Below, one piece after another: positions 20,101-27,920 of a DNA stretch of 64,000 nt. The translations under genes were made by a program, and so were the position numbers. Origin of the DNA: a virus; IMG/VR virus record IMGVR_UViG_3300034103_001027, positions 1 to 64,000 of that record; one strand, written 5' to 3'. The stretch's first letter is position 1. Every line of letters starts with the position of its first letter. The notes under the pieces were generated by a model. It was not told the origin of the DNA and searched no databases. It saw only the letters and a program-made list of their open reading frames with translations.

Positions 20101-22314
20101 GGTGATATTCTCAAAGAACCTCCTTAGCTTATTCTCCTCCTTGCTCTTGCCGGTGATGGACTTGGCGATATTGCTCAACAGATTCTTGACGTGTTCCCAG
20201 AATCCAGGTTCAGCTTGTTCGCGATTTGCGAACTCCTGGAATCCATCTGCAAATGCTTCGCTTGCCTGCGTATTCCACTTACCGCTACCTGGCTGGAACA
20301 TCGGGGCGTCCGGGCCTAGTCTCTGATTGATCGCATCGGTCATATCCTGCAGATACGGCGTGCCCTCAAACATCTTCTCGATGTCATGCCCGATCTCATG
20401 GAAGAAGCTCCCGGCGTTCGCCTCCTGGGATGCCGCCAATATAAACCTCTCTCCTGTATCCAAGTTGGCCCTATACTGCGCAAGAGTCCCCTTGTCAGCC
20501 AAATCCACTGATTGAACCCTAAGAGTCCTAAAGTACTCATCAGGATCGATATTGCCATGTATGGCACTCCAGGTTCGCGAGATTGCCTCTAGAATCGCGA
20601 AATTCTTTACGATGCGTTCTGGTTCACCGAACGTCCTGATCGCTTCATAGAGCGTCCTGGTGGCTTCTGGGCCTACATTGCTTTGTACCAGCTTGCCCTT
20701 AGCGTCAATAAGCCCCATGGCACCGAGTCTTCCTTGTAGTGCCTTAGGGCCGGAAGACGCGATAGAAGCGACTTCTGTGTCACTTAACCCGGACTTAATC
20801 AATGCTTCCCTAGCCGCTGCGTCATCGACCTTGATGGTCTTAGGTGGCTTTACTGTACTTTTGTTCAGTAGTGGGTTCGGTTGAGGCGCAGGTTGACCCG
20901 TTTGGGCCCCTGGAATGGAAGGGCCTTGCGGGGCATCTGGGGTGATGGCGGCAGGGGTCGGCCCTTGTGGTTTGTTTGGCCCTTGTGGGTCAATAGGCGT
21001 CGATGGCGTGTCTCCAGCTTGTGACGCAGGCGGCGTTGGTGGCTGTGGAGGGGTTGGTCTTTCTGGGGCGTCAGGCTGCTTCTTCATCCAGTCATCCCAG
21101 CGGGTGTCTGGATTGGCGAGGGTCTTCTCGTAGGCTGGTCTTGAGAGTGGCAGACCGACACTGACCAGGCTGCGCATTGGCTTAGCCATGTCTTTGGCTA
21201 GAGCTTCGGCTAGTTGTTCCTCTGAGAGGGTCTTTCCGTACAGGTGCTGGTAGATTCCCTTGATCTTGTTTTCCATGCCAGCGGGTGTCATCTTAAGGAC
21301 AGAGCCTTGCAGGGTGTTCATTGCGGCGCGTGTTCCTTCCGCATCAACTTCCCACTGGTCGGTTTCCTTTGCTTTCTTGTACACCGCGAACGTGCCATCG
21401 TTGTCCACGAGGGCCCATTCGTTGGACTTGGCGACCGTTGTTGGCGCTTCGTCGATTGACTTGAAGGCGCTGCTGGCGCTCTCGCTCTTGACTTGCTTGC
21501 CGTCCACAAACTGCCCTACACGGGTAGCTACTCTCGATTTGGTGAACTTATTGACATGTTCGAACACCTTGTTGCCGGTAACGGAAGCCTTGGCGAATTG
21601 CCCTCCGACCCAGCTTGGATTCTTTCCGGCTTTTCCGGATAGTTCAGCCATTTCTTTGGCGAGCGGTCGCAGCTTCTTGACGCCCATATTGGCGAAGACT
21701 TGCCCGATCTTCGTTAAGCCGAACGAACCAAGGTAGGTTAGTGGGTCTGTAGCCACTTCTAGTGCTAGTCCAGCGCCGAAGTTGGCCCATGTATCTTCCT
21801 TTTTGTCGGCCAGGCCCCAATCTCGCAGCATCTGCCTGCCTTCGACTCGGTTCTCTTGGAAGTTCCTTCCGAACGGATCTAGCAATTGATCGAATGGGTT
21901 CCTTGGCGTCGTGCCTCCGGGAAGCCAAGTAAGCACATCTCGCGCCATTGACCCTGGCAGGTCTAGAGCATTACCAACTGCAGCTACCGAGTTAAGAGCC
22001 ATCATGCCAGCCTTGCCAGCTAGTGACATGTCTTCTGGCTTCTCTTGGGTCGGCTCAGCAGTAGGGAACACGTTGGGGTTAGAAGCGGATTCTATGGCGC
22101 TTTGGCTCTGCCTGGATGTTGGTAATCCCTGAGGGTCATTGCGCTGGTAGGCGGTCTTCCTGGTTGTCACGCGAGACCCAACTGGATTGTAGTCTTGGTT
22201 GGGCTCTTCCTCTCGCTGGCTGGAGGTTCTGCGCGAGCCTCTAGCGGCAGCAATAGCCGCAGTTCTTGGAGATGGAAGGTTGCCGTATGCTGCTTCGTAT
22301 AATGGATTACTCAC
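8140..22314 (-). CDS. giant polyvalent (probably virion-injected) protein with four zincin-like HExxH modules, a GNAT-like domain, two ADP-ribosyltransferase-like domains and an LPD38-like C-terminus
   Basis: 4724 aa. HExxH motifs: FFHEIGH, LMHELGH, VAHELGH, VIHELSH. GNAT-like: KGSGKALL. First ART-like domain: VRTPAFKKWFGDW...GEPLAVYHGT...YFT...VYLNLKKP...GYDG...EIVAFEPSQIKS. Second: AYHGTPH...FDLS.V.TGEG...GALY.LE..D...NFVVFDD. C-terminal: QFDYSNLS.FER...LIPFYTF. Confidence 0.85.
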   Translation of the reverse strand: MSNPLYEAAYGNLPSPRTAAIAAARGSRRTSSQREEEPNQDYNPVGSRVTTRKTAYQRNDPQGLPTSRQSQSAIESASNPNVFPTAEPTQEKPEDMSLAGKAGMMALNSVAAVGNALDLPGSMARDVLTWLPGGTTPRNPFDQLLDPFGRNFQENRVEGRQMLRDWGLADKKEDTWANFGAGLALEVATDPLTYLGSFGLTKIGQVFANMGVKKLRPLAKEMAELSGKAGKNPSWVGGQFAKASVTGNKVFEHVNKFTKSRVATRVGQFVDGKQVKSESASSAFKSIDEAPTTVAKSNEWALVDNDGTFAVYKKAKETDQWEVDAEGTRAAMNTLQGSVLKMTPAGMENKIKGIYQHLYGKTLSEEQLAEALAKDMAKPMRSLVSVGLPLSRPAYEKTLANPDTRWDDWMKKQPDAPERPTPPQPPTPPASQAGDTPSTPIDPQGPNKPQGPTPAAITPDAPQGPSIPGAQTGQPAPQPNPLLNKSTVKPPKTIKVDDAAAREALIKSGLSDTEVASIASSGPKALQGRLGAMGLIDAKGKLVQSNVGPEATRTLYEAIRTFGEPERIVKNFAILEAISRTWSAIHGNIDPDEYFRTLRVQSVDLADKGTLAQYRANLDTGERFILAASQEANAGSFFHEIGHDIEKMFEGTPYLQDMTDAINQRLGPDAPMFQPGSGKWNTQASEAFADGFQEFANREQAEPGFWEHVKNLLSNIAKSITGKSKEENKLRRFFENITKPQKAAADEATGGAGNPSKMNNWKREYQKSAEKYRKPRSENIPDPVSTNPDTIRTNPDIPQKQDTPQPAGEWVNYGDDSYGLKVQQETGSAEATLRFSGDESSIYVDAFGKNDNAPKGSGKALLNEIIEKSSQYNPTSISGHFTNQSALGALGSLLGKENITFSSRATGKALDISFAEAMKSPQNYIASAKLKNTTKAADAATETQTPLQSLRKAIKERYSNEANVDEIADNYEAIVRALADAADQKPDDYLRAEFSSTSYEDFLKTQEEGDLLQGILHQDEITSAEFTATESRIGGRTAYNAAKAAGKTNLNYRQWVEVRTPAFKKWFGDWENDPVNASKVVDPNTGEPLAVYHGTGFSDLGTQEAAAHNRKLEQYKADDQAWNSTYQKRKEQLRLDRNKADEAAEQDILAKVSELVENKYIADRIAGAIHVADNKQEAMRFWQNFPGTSRDAISHDAYIRLFDQHQDIKRLKLAIDEEIASIPPQPTYRGYLMPLSETPAFNTAAFGANDEGYIAAGSYFTKSSDLASEYAMFSVGDKRGVIPVYLNLKKPFIHGITNDPSIISKGLEELERLNRITRAAKADVDEYARNFAVARRRALEDAGYDGEIYDRSVAASAGKENKRLAESEIVAFEPSQIKSATANKGTFDATNPNILFQSEAEASPQQITAFRDKFGYHLDYLKKQGYLSSDEINFLEIAFKDAKHFHANAAVELNSSMEMAGWASAYPIMELDKYGRPMLGGQKIQLNPRSKRRAIVLMHELGHIAYYSMDSKMRHLSRSIISQFAQTGEGKKYFKDIYERLKRPDGTSAADYYSSSVDEMFAQLFADNLIHKTSFQNQGIADLIARMWEGISDIIAKVVGYDRSPRSMKIVSELMDFAAGFKQEDEFIEAIGTIEKQLPNSASQSSRDAAEIFFGSESHKAWLKSEWPMSQIQEWSSFDDKKIMRLINREIKGTPISQRKALLTLIKNNDTPFVTGWEIAHPELSQELYQRTGTKGKELVRGAVRFNEPDAFAKVFLFENANISTVAHELGHIARRRLRKDLQDLAEKIYKVKDGKWTREQEEAFARDFEKYLATGKAPTSDLTAIFAKMKQWISGIYKRIKNSPLSRDWSDEKQNLFDGMFTKKPEATTGNLLLDTARKNDPPKKFSDNAKHNTELNRLHQSIERTVNKDAADAMVPLIREFVKAGGNERVLLTTIESMSPEEAAGFASRIAGDANGAVNELLQIAYHGTPHVFAPEMLVRMPDGSERYLEAGEAIPEGAETLQNFPLGRFDLSRVSTGEGRGVEGAGQAHGFGGYSAQREGLGRRYKEALAGNGAPDTYKGKPISQAHYIIRAVAEDIRKQKSQSGLAEIVDRIKENILSRKRSSVDAIEIRALLDLKPIISAFEVDAKEYLKLVGVNNKEAVELIEKIARRHPPGIAAIPNDAVKLMDIVFDEIKPIVEVPKNQSDWREGAVSVEDAIKKLSNVFTNESIEIEIKKRKYLTRTIDRRKMITPEDLWALQQHVAARELLGRIEKYGRDLAEAKFQHNYGEALRTLDSLKDGDIQIGTQGALYKLEVPDNDDLMFWDKPFSEQPPKVQEGLKKLGISAETQWEETPHNHYNSRELRLERFDGHYVRKINQEWRDDSLDKYISREAIENGDLEVRKDGSGWYAVVMNGGRQGEVIVDAASSEDDLIKQLENLNGTQPNEWWFGTGEDPLSGVITKRGDKFHAEIFNIFDDDFDEYFQTKEEATEWIESIVKDKWYAHIPHENTPVSYANSLDEAKKILDEDYPYKGLKGQEIYEQLMQKARQEHASKSSNFSVKKAVEDQAGPLLKVYDSAPSLDDIKEMASEKVAGEYNVKLGYFISEQGQKSAAYYYGKTHEEILEQIVDDLASGDLKLRTKQEVIDSVEHAINDGNPYAAAFLLNDHGVPIDKAKSIVESISRGFELTDFQAKKAASKDLHSVGIKGNAVPENFLRGGNKQGYYNFVVFDDKDIKILDRLEQKGKGVVSFKETGEAAIKILTGEGDASTVIHELSHVFRRNLSEDLMSKADKAIGHQLKDADTLRNILGGIASAELKDANGNWTREAEEVWARLFEKYMLDGTAPTTALKEVFAVIKRMMRSVYKTLKVSPEINAKINDDLKQVFDEMLGKNKKPLSQNKNTLLDTAQGTPRRGQLGLFDGEDYATSNKPRNALEEAAAPVEPPALKPSPGQLELPLNPIDDRPADNILSRMAQRSQSSKRVITETPGTKSVDTRKPKKTQEPTTAIPKQMPVGPVELRKRKTAAEKATAEQVAEQAADPAKRTKRLKQILDPDEAEGIEIFEADQLPYLRDNMEQVRFDLANVSTPEQYQEFMTNLVKNINESIPDADIPEAIKLLQDLDQQFINKYIKVHGITETLSNKLGITGDKDFLGSLAGAVNEALQVTMKTKRPDKLAKKHAADKVSSIILNNLDTIRGAQKLEDVTELSDEAIDALKKADASITDTDIDIIKRYLKSPTETSKKAKAKISKAAAPVETVKEAAKEVKYQGGQAVRDMSLQDAKAVLEALDATPEQRGLEALKQQVQQLRDKGKSLKGDAAEDNTREIAELNERITQAQDLISQKSQAESELSSLQRKISLRKKKTGKNPTSAQKEELDSRSNGLNEYNKLIKKAIGPEPQKDNKKTLEELFLSMNKFRQVIAEENIDQATKDSLESLAQQARNEILKRMQISVRKAATSAAFNDASRASDFIDQPEVIKMIENHEFIDKNGQFRDIGHTLIKNRFLKNNKGPMVNVKISHTPDNLKYLSEQADRDEYQELLNKIEKDPDYTVNKFATDKGNRHIETIMQTIRDAARKDFAKGIETPGVDMISVSAVDETLEHSISARNLAEYMLGDEFQGSLSTNEKLVLDTLLNKKMLDDPNSALLNRSNSQDYEMALASAHLASKLFDKNRIGLEQFNAIWNKLIERATLGANGKMFIVNQTRSAAETQAAKISHKLARPIWNEIYEHVKGDSIITTVLQALDAGENLFYATPGAKMFLQLFDRSVMGAYDHDTQELARLRFQAFEQSIYEFRAMLYPISRYIGETQLFDLKAIATNLIDNAKLPREEALTKAKAIINARNNEIIRFFEAKPEKLYHLSPEVFKDTDIDLDKLETMLQSLKDAFPRMLDEQRKNGLSGSALFDTEVPYYPRNYTEPGKHLRSRTDGEALMSTKMDSQRQRDEAYRHIPGGRALINEMSLDPKLSGIAHKEEILKNKLSKETLTAARKHAIAKYGLHNILSSDPIHGFYKDGKLTKKGKAKVNRLITSIAKLPEDHITEGVPMFGHNFLRDFAAYAESHHTKNAVGLTVQDLVTRSATYKGEQKYLVSSLFQATALDNHNAYLNVLRGTDNFPGYKQFVDEKIKKLIKDKKLSVNRDANGKITGYTYKHTKKPQDFKTLDEFIEAKHLSKIYADKIKLSVPKEIHESATHFLRTWTTPPQISTLVQISGAALNTFKSLVTLPFPSFHSRNFISGMMQNVFYGAYDPTATIGGIYSPVLGHIKPLRQAVSISNGNVAKGISKEIPRFLWDDDLNIPDEMIGTPEGDELVTDWVRQGVFRFGLTGDKQGQAAEKIGDTVSSLVSQNPGAIKRNAENWYGLKPAIFDKTTSAKGKANPIGIQGSLTPSFQKAPGEGRRKLGLQRTEDTTFVAGRIGEEMSLFVENANRIMPYIAFLKQGVTPEEAAKRVNMIQFDYSNLSDFERRYMKQLIPFYTFTSKALKLTLGDLITNPAGKQAWVIRGTNRLQDREAAIPEHIRKGVAIPLPQGPGGEDRYLSGFGLAWEDPIELMSFMHGDVQGTASSLFSKLRPEAQGFAELAFGRSAFFGRDFRDMDPQLGRLRDNLIGQSGKGLSEPIAGSQSLEVLAGKLPTSRLVSSVNQAFDDRKSAVDKLLNLATGFKVNTVNEEAKNRIIMNRVNEEMKDLGAREMGITYVPEWQKQRMSEAERRRMELLQQMVNEIKKESRENKKKAQLENLKAAASTPSE

Positions 22315-25153
22315 TGTCTAACCAGCCTTCCTTGATGCCTTCTTGTATGAGCGTGTTGGTTAGGAGGATTGGATAAGCTAGTGGCACGTTCATGATGTTT
22401 TGTAGCATCGGTCCTGAGGATGTGTATGCTTTGAACTGTTTAGACTGCAAGTCTCGCACCATTCTCTTGTATGTCTCGGGCCGTATGCTCGACTTAAGTA
22501 GTTCGATAGCTGCCTTATTTGTTTCCATGTGATTTCTGCTGGCAGCCATGGCGTCGTCACTTCCTGATGCTATGATTCCGGCTCCATCCTCACCTGCTTT
22601 TTTGGCCTCTTCAACAACTTCATCGAATATCTCGCTGAGTTTATTTTCTGCTTCTCTTGGATCAGCGAACTCATTCCCGAATACCCTAGCCAGAACCTCC
22701 TTCTTCTCGTCCATTGTCAGGTCGGTGGTTCCAAGTTGTCGTACTGCAGATCGGAATCCTCCTGGTTGGTCTGGGTTGATTGTTTCGGAAATCTTTTGTT
22801 CCCAACGATTAACCGAAGCATCGCGGAGTGGTTGTTGCTGAGGCTGTGCGGCCTGATTGGGTTGAGTTGCATTTGTAGGCTGTGCGGCTACTGCCTGTTG
22901 AGTTTCAGGCGGGTCTGGCACTATAGGAGGCAAGTTCGTTCCGTTTATTGCATTGTAAGCTGCGATAGCTTGATTGGCTGATGCCGCCTCTCTCGTGCCT
23001 GCCTTAGGCGGAGCGTCGGTCGTTGGATCGGAATACCTCTTGAGTGTTTGTTCGTAGTGAAGTTGCGCTGCTTGATTCTCAGCGGACTTGACTTCACGTT
23101 CCTTTAGCTTGTACATTCGTTCCGCAGCTGCTTCTTCATCTCGTCGAGACATCTCGTCTGAGTAATGCTTAGATGCCATTTCGTAGGCTTGGGGTATTGG
23201 GACCCCTGTCATCGCTAGCCCGCGAGCCATTTCGTCGATATTTAAGTTGCTGCCTTGCTGGTCTTTTTTCTGATCGACCACCATAGCTGCTTGCGCTGGT
23301 GTGTATCCTCTATTGACCAATTGTGCCATTCGCTGCCCTCTGGCCTGGGCGGTCTCTTGTGCTTTAGCTTTGCTTTCAGTCCGATCCTTGCGTATCCCTT
23401 GTGCGTAGGAGTCGAAGGCGGTATTAGCGTCACCGTAGCGCTTGTCGATTTTTTCTGATTCTGGTGCGGATCCTGGCGAATAGAAGTCGTATCCATGCAG
23501 GGCCGTGAGCAGCTTTGGCACGTCAGAGTCGACTTGCATTTCGTTGCTATTGATCTTTGCCTGTACTAGTTCCTTTAGACTGATTGGTGTGCCTGCACGT
23601 TGTCGGTTTTGAACCTGCGCTGTCAGTTTAGCGATTTCGCTCTGTGCCTTGCGAGGTTCTTGTATTCCAAGGTATTCATTCTGCGCTGCGTACCTCGCAT
23701 CTCGATTCTGTTCCCATTGGCCGAATCGTTGGTTGTATTCGTCCAGGTTCTTTTGCTTAGCTGCTGCTTCTTTTGCTGCCAGCGAGTTGATAGCCCCAGC
23801 TTCAGCTCTGCTTGTCTCCGTTGATGGGGTGCCATAGATACGTGCGTATCGAGTATTTGGGTCGTCTCTTCGCATCTCAGACAGTTGCTGATCAGCGCGG
23901 TCAGCGCGGGACTTGGCATCATTGGCGTACATGTCAGTCTTCTGCATGTAATCTGATGCGTCGTAGTTCAGCTTGGTTGTAGCATCTATTTCAGCCTGCC
24001 TTTGCGACACTTCCTCAGGGGTCAGTCCTGACTTCCAGTCGCTGATTGGTCCGTGTTGCTTTTCCCAGTCATAGATCCTTTGTTGCTGCCTGTCTTTCCA
24101 GCCTGAGGCTGTGGCAGGGCTTCCTGCGGCAGTTCGCTCTTGCGAGTGCGCCATTTCGATATCAGCGCGAGTCATTCCAGATAGTACTGGATCTTGTGCG
24201 ATTTGTGATTGCGCGTTTTTGTTGGCCAGGCTTCTGTTGTAGTACTCGACTGCCTCCCGAGGTGACATCGTGTGCTTGCCTTGGTGGCTTGCGTTGATGT
24301 ATTTCTGGATGTAGTCGGCTGGTATCTGATTCTTCATCCAGTCTAGTTCCGACCTCCATGCTGTGTCGTCCATCCCGTGTTTGGTGGCGATGCCTCGCGG
24401 AGTGACTTCGCGAGACTTTGTGCTGGTCCAGTATTGAGCGGCTTGTCGTGGAGACATTGCAGTTCGGCCAGACATCGCGCGGTTGAGGTAGGTGTTATAT
24501 TGCTCCTCGGGCACAGTGCCGCGCAGTGCGGATAGTTCCTTGTTCCACTCGTTGTTGATTTCGCCTTCTGATAGATTTCTCTTTTCGTAGTTTTTCCTGG
24601 CCCAGTCAGGCGGTTGGCTACCAAACGGCACTTTACTAACCTCAAGACCACCGTACATTCTTGGCATGTATGGTTCAGACACCTTCGCGTCTTCTGGGGC
24701 TCCGTACATTCTAGGAGTGTATGGTTCGGCTATAATACTTGCCTCTGGATTCGCATTCCTGATTGGTGACTGTTGTGGTTGCGATACTGGACTGGTAGGC
24801 GTTTTTTGTTGCGGCATTTCACCCCATGCCTTAGCAACGCTTTGCTGTGCCCCGAGCATGTTATTCCATGCGTTGCCTATTGCACCAAAGAATCCTGGTT
24901 GTATTTGTGGTTGCGTTGCTTTGCGTGCCTGTGGTTGAGTGGAATTGTATAGTTTTTCCGTGTCAAGTGACCCCTTGACTGGCTTCATTGGCGGCTGAGC
25001 AGCTTTAATCGGTGGCTGGATTTTGGGGCCTGGTTGTCCGTTGTTGCCTGGGTCGTTCAGGATGGTGAAGGCACCACTAGGCTGAAGCGTCTTTGATTTC
25101 CAGCTTAGTAGCTGTTGCCCTGTTAGTGGTACATTGTCTTGTTTTTGGCGCAT
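22307..25153 (-). CDS. putative internal virion (ejection) protein, Gln/Ala-rich
   Basis: 948 aa, helical and low-complexity, with internal repeats. Directly upstream of, and overlapping, the giant gene. Confidence 0.6.
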   Translation of the reverse strand: MRQKQDNVPLTGQQLLSWKSKTLQPSGAFTILNDPGNNGQPGPKIQPPIKAAQPPMKPVKGSLDTEKLYNSTQPQARKATQPQIQPGFFGAIGNAWNNMLGAQQSVAKAWGEMPQQKTPTSPVSQPQQSPIRNANPEASIIAEPYTPRMYGAPEDAKVSEPYMPRMYGGLEVSKVPFGSQPPDWARKNYEKRNLSEGEINNEWNKELSALRGTVPEEQYNTYLNRAMSGRTAMSPRQAAQYWTSTKSREVTPRGIATKHGMDDTAWRSELDWMKNQIPADYIQKYINASHQGKHTMSPREAVEYYNRSLANKNAQSQIAQDPVLSGMTRADIEMAHSQERTAAGSPATASGWKDRQQQRIYDWEKQHGPISDWKSGLTPEEVSQRQAEIDATTKLNYDASDYMQKTDMYANDAKSRADRADQQLSEMRRDDPNTRYARIYGTPSTETSRAEAGAINSLAAKEAAAKQKNLDEYNQRFGQWEQNRDARYAAQNEYLGIQEPRKAQSEIAKLTAQVQNRQRAGTPISLKELVQAKINSNEMQVDSDVPKLLTALHGYDFYSPGSAPESEKIDKRYGDANTAFDSYAQGIRKDRTESKAKAQETAQARGQRMAQLVNRGYTPAQAAMVVDQKKDQQGSNLNIDEMARGLAMTGVPIPQAYEMASKHYSDEMSRRDEEAAAERMYKLKEREVKSAENQAAQLHYEQTLKRYSDPTTDAPPKAGTREAASANQAIAAYNAINGTNLPPIVPDPPETQQAVAAQPTNATQPNQAAQPQQQPLRDASVNRWEQKISETINPDQPGGFRSAVRQLGTTDLTMDEKKEVLARVFGNEFADPREAENKLSEIFDEVVEEAKKAGEDGAGIIASGSDDAMAASRNHMETNKAAIELLKSSIRPETYKRMVRDLQSKQFKAYTSSGPMLQNIMNVPLAYPILLTNTLIQEGIKEGWLDSE

Positions 25154-25160
25154 GATTCAC

Positions 25161-26123
25161 CTATGCAAATGTTACTGTTATTTCGCTTGTGTCTTTGTCT
25201 GGCTTCCCAGCTACAAGATGGAATGGTACATCTAGGAAGCTTCGCCCAGTAATGTTGGGGTGCTGGACTTTTGTATTCTGCATGTCTTTGAGGTTGAACT
25301 CAACTACTGTGTTTGCTTTATATTCTGCGTCTGGCGGATCGTCTGGTTCGAGTAGTCCAAATTGGAGGTTTACATCCAAGGTTAAGTTAGGTGACCCGTC
25401 TAGTAGTTGAATCGCGTTTATGTTACTGTCGGCCTTGCCGGATAGCGCAACCCCCCTTCCTCGCGATCTGAATTTCTGCGGGCCTATGCTTTGTTTCATT
25501 ACCGGGTAGAAATTGTTCTTAATCGACAGAGCGACCTTCTGTAGAAGAATCTCGTTTTCGTCTATTCCTTCAATCATTCTCGCGTCGTAGAGCATGTATG
25601 GGATAGAGCTTTCTAATGTATCTATTGCTGGTGCTGGGCTAGGCCAGGATGCTGTAAGCAAGAAGCTAGATGCCAATATATGTATAGCTATGAGCATAAG
25701 CCCTTCTTCTTGCCCGTAGACGGACATCTCATTTACCACGCAGTCACGGTATCTGTAACTAAGCGACCCTTTGCGTATCATTATGTCAAACATGAATGAC
25801 TCTGGGGCGTATTCGCTTTCGATTGTCCCAGTGTCATGCAGCGCCCTTGGCAGCCACGCTTGAAGGTTGCCGCGACTGCATTCGAGGATTAGCATTCCCT
25901 CGTACATGATCGTGTCAACCCTGCGGGCTGACGTCATGTTTGTGGAGTACCCTTTTCGCTGGCCTATCTCACCTATTCCGTACTGCATCCCGGAGTAAGT
26001 TATTGCCGGGTTCATGCCTTCTGTGATTACTGCGTATCTCTCGCTTCCAGAAGAGAATGTTCTTGGCGTGCTACCACCTTGAACGAGTAATGTGCAGAGT
26101 GATCCGACGATGCCGCATGTCAT
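25161..26123 (-). CDS. tail-tube-like protein (paralog of 27921-28874)
   Basis: Shares G.L..LL...G..PRTF...S.R, W.PR, FD....R....+RY.D.VV and WP...PA with the 317-aa protein. Confidence 0.55.
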   Translation of the reverse strand: MTCGIVGSLCTLLVQGGSTPRTFSSGSERYAVITEGMNPAITYSGMQYGIGEIGQRKGYSTNMTSARRVDTIMYEGMLILECSRGNLQAWLPRALHDTGTIESEYAPESFMFDIMIRKGSLSYRYRDCVVNEMSVYGQEEGLMLIAIHILASSFLLTASWPSPAPAIDTLESSIPYMLYDARMIEGIDENEILLQKVALSIKNNFYPVMKQSIGPQKFRSRGRGVALSGKADSNINAIQLLDGSPNLTLDVNLQFGLLEPDDPPDAEYKANTVVEFNLKDMQNTKVQHPNITGRSFLDVPFHLVAGKPDKDTSEITVTFA

Positions 26124-26125
26124 GG

Positions 26126-26863
26126 TTATAGTATTGGCAGTACTCTTGGCATGGTGATGTCGTCAAAGCCTGGGAGCCTGTATACGTATTTCCATGTGAC
26201 CGTATAGTGAACTCTACCTTTGGGGTAGTGTCTTGGTGATATATGCCTGACCTGTCGCTGATGCAGCATTTCAAACGGCGCTGGGTATAGTGGCGGATTG
26301 GGGAGTGGGTATCCTATGGCTCCAATAGCATGTCCCTCTTGGACGAATTCTTGTATTGATGTGGGGGATTTTAGGATTGGGTGATGGCCCCATATTGGGT
26401 TCTTTACCCAGTCGTATTCCGCTCCACCATTTCCCGTCCTGGCAATTGTTTCTGAGTAGTCCAGTATGTTTGTTGGTGCCATGAAATACATACTGGCGAC
26501 AGTGAAGTTAAATTTCTTCCCTGTCACTCCTTCACCATTGATTGATTGCGGTGACGAATGCCCGATTACCTGTACGTCGGTTACATTCCTTGGGTCTTGC
26601 GAGTGATTTGGCATCCACTGTGGCGACTCTGCTCCTGAGTCGTATTTTAGGCCGCAGCTTCTTCCGTCGTACATAAATGCATTGAAGATCGTGTTGACAC
26701 GAGATCCGACTGAACTCTCGTCTTGACCTACAACTTCAATATCGAAGGTATACACTAGATTATGGAATGTCTTATATCCTCTGGCGCTTTTTTCGAAAGA
26801 CACCTGAGATCCTAATGAGCATTCCCATGGCTCAAAATTGAATGATCCGTATGAACAGTACAT
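26126..26863 (-). CDS. putative tail structural protein
   Basis: 245 aa, aromatic and beta-rich, within the tail cluster. Confidence 0.5.
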   Translation of the reverse strand: MYCSYGSFNFEPWECSLGSQVSFEKSARGYKTFHNLVYTFDIEVVGQDESSVGSRVNTIFNAFMYDGRSCGLKYDSGAESPQWMPNHSQDPRNVTDVQVIGHSSPQSINGEGVTGKKFNFTVASMYFMAPTNILDYSETIARTGNGGAEYDWVKNPIWGHHPILKSPTSIQEFVQEGHAIGAIGYPLPNPPLYPAPFEMLHQRQVRHISPRHYPKGRVHYTVTWKYVYRLPGFDDITMPRVLPIL

Positions 26864-27919
26864 CTAAACTGAAGCCTCCTCGATTGTCCTCTCTATGGAC
26901 TTCAGTCTGTTGGACAGGTCTATAGAAAGCTGCGCGAGTGTACTGATGACGCTAACGAGAGATGCGGCAGCTTCGTCTGTGCTTGACTCTAATTCTGTTC
27001 TTCCGTCCGCAAACGATATCTGGCCTGACGCATTATTGAATGTCGTTGAAGCACCGCCAAGTGCGTTGGGGATTGGCTTTGGCATCTTGATTGACGCGAT
27101 GCTGTCTCGCCACGCTTGCAGGAATTCCCCTTGGATCGGTGGTCCGTCCTGGCTGACTTTGCCTTTTTCGTAATCCTCTCGTATCTTGTCTCGGTACTTC
27201 TCGAAGCGAATGCGGCTGTCGCTTTTTTCTCGCTTGGGCGCGCTTGCCTTATCGCCTTGCGGCTGCTGTGCGTCAGGTTTGGCTGTTTTGAACTCCGGAT
27301 CCATGGCTCTCCATGGACTCTGTGGTTCCATGCTCTGCTGCGAGCGAGGCTCTAGTAGGCCGGATTCGTCAAATTCTGTGTCACCAATTGGAGTTTGTGC
27401 GTTAAACTCGAACTTAGTGTCTTGCTGTGGCGCTTGCGCAGGTTGAACTGATGTGGGTTCAGTTATCTGTTGTGGCGATTGCACTTGTGCAGTTGGTGGC
27501 TGCTCATTGGTTGGTTGTAACTCTAGGGCTGCTTGAGTGATTTCAGGCTCAAAAACCACTTGGGTTGCTGATGCAGCCTGGGTAGGTATAGACTCTGGTG
27601 TTGGCTGCGGCGTTTGTGCAGCTTGTGTCGGCAGTAGAGGCGGATCTTGTGCAGCTATTGACTCTTGCTGATTAGTTGGTGCAGAGTACTCTGGAACAGG
27701 ATCAGGCTCTTGTTCGCGACCGGCTTGCTCGAAAGGATCTGCTTCATCGGCAGGCGTGTCGCCAGACGCTACCCTTAGCGATGTGATCCTATCTTGGATC
27801 AGCTTCGTTATTGGGCTGTCTGGATTGGGTATGAGATTGTGCCGCTTGAGGTCTTCCAGGTGGTCCGCAAGTATGCGAGCCTCCGCTTCATCCCTGAGCT
27901 GCTGATCTGATTTTGACAT
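26864..27919 (-). CDS. acidic Gln/Pro-rich protein with a C-terminal coiled coil
   Basis: 351 aa, mostly low-complexity. Occupies the position after the tail tube gene. Confidence 0.6.
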   Translation of the reverse strand: MSKSDQQLRDEAEARILADHLEDLKRHNLIPNPDSPITKLIQDRITSLRVASGDTPADEADPFEQAGREQEPDPVPEYSAPTNQQESIAAQDPPLLPTQAAQTPQPTPESIPTQAASATQVVFEPEITQAALELQPTNEQPPTAQVQSPQQITEPTSVQPAQAPQQDTKFEFNAQTPIGDTEFDESGLLEPRSQQSMEPQSPWRAMDPEFKTAKPDAQQPQGDKASAPKREKSDSRIRFEKYRDKIREDYEKGKVSQDGPPIQGEFLQAWRDSIASIKMPKPIPNALGGASTTFNNASGQISFADGRTELESSTDEAAASLVSVISTLAQLSIDLSNRLKSIERTIEEASV

Positions 27920-27920
27920 A

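Noticed and set aside
8182-22132. Many plus-strand ORFs antisense to the giant gene and other long genes
   Set aside because: Ser/Leu/Phe-rich antisense shadows with no motifs or RBS.
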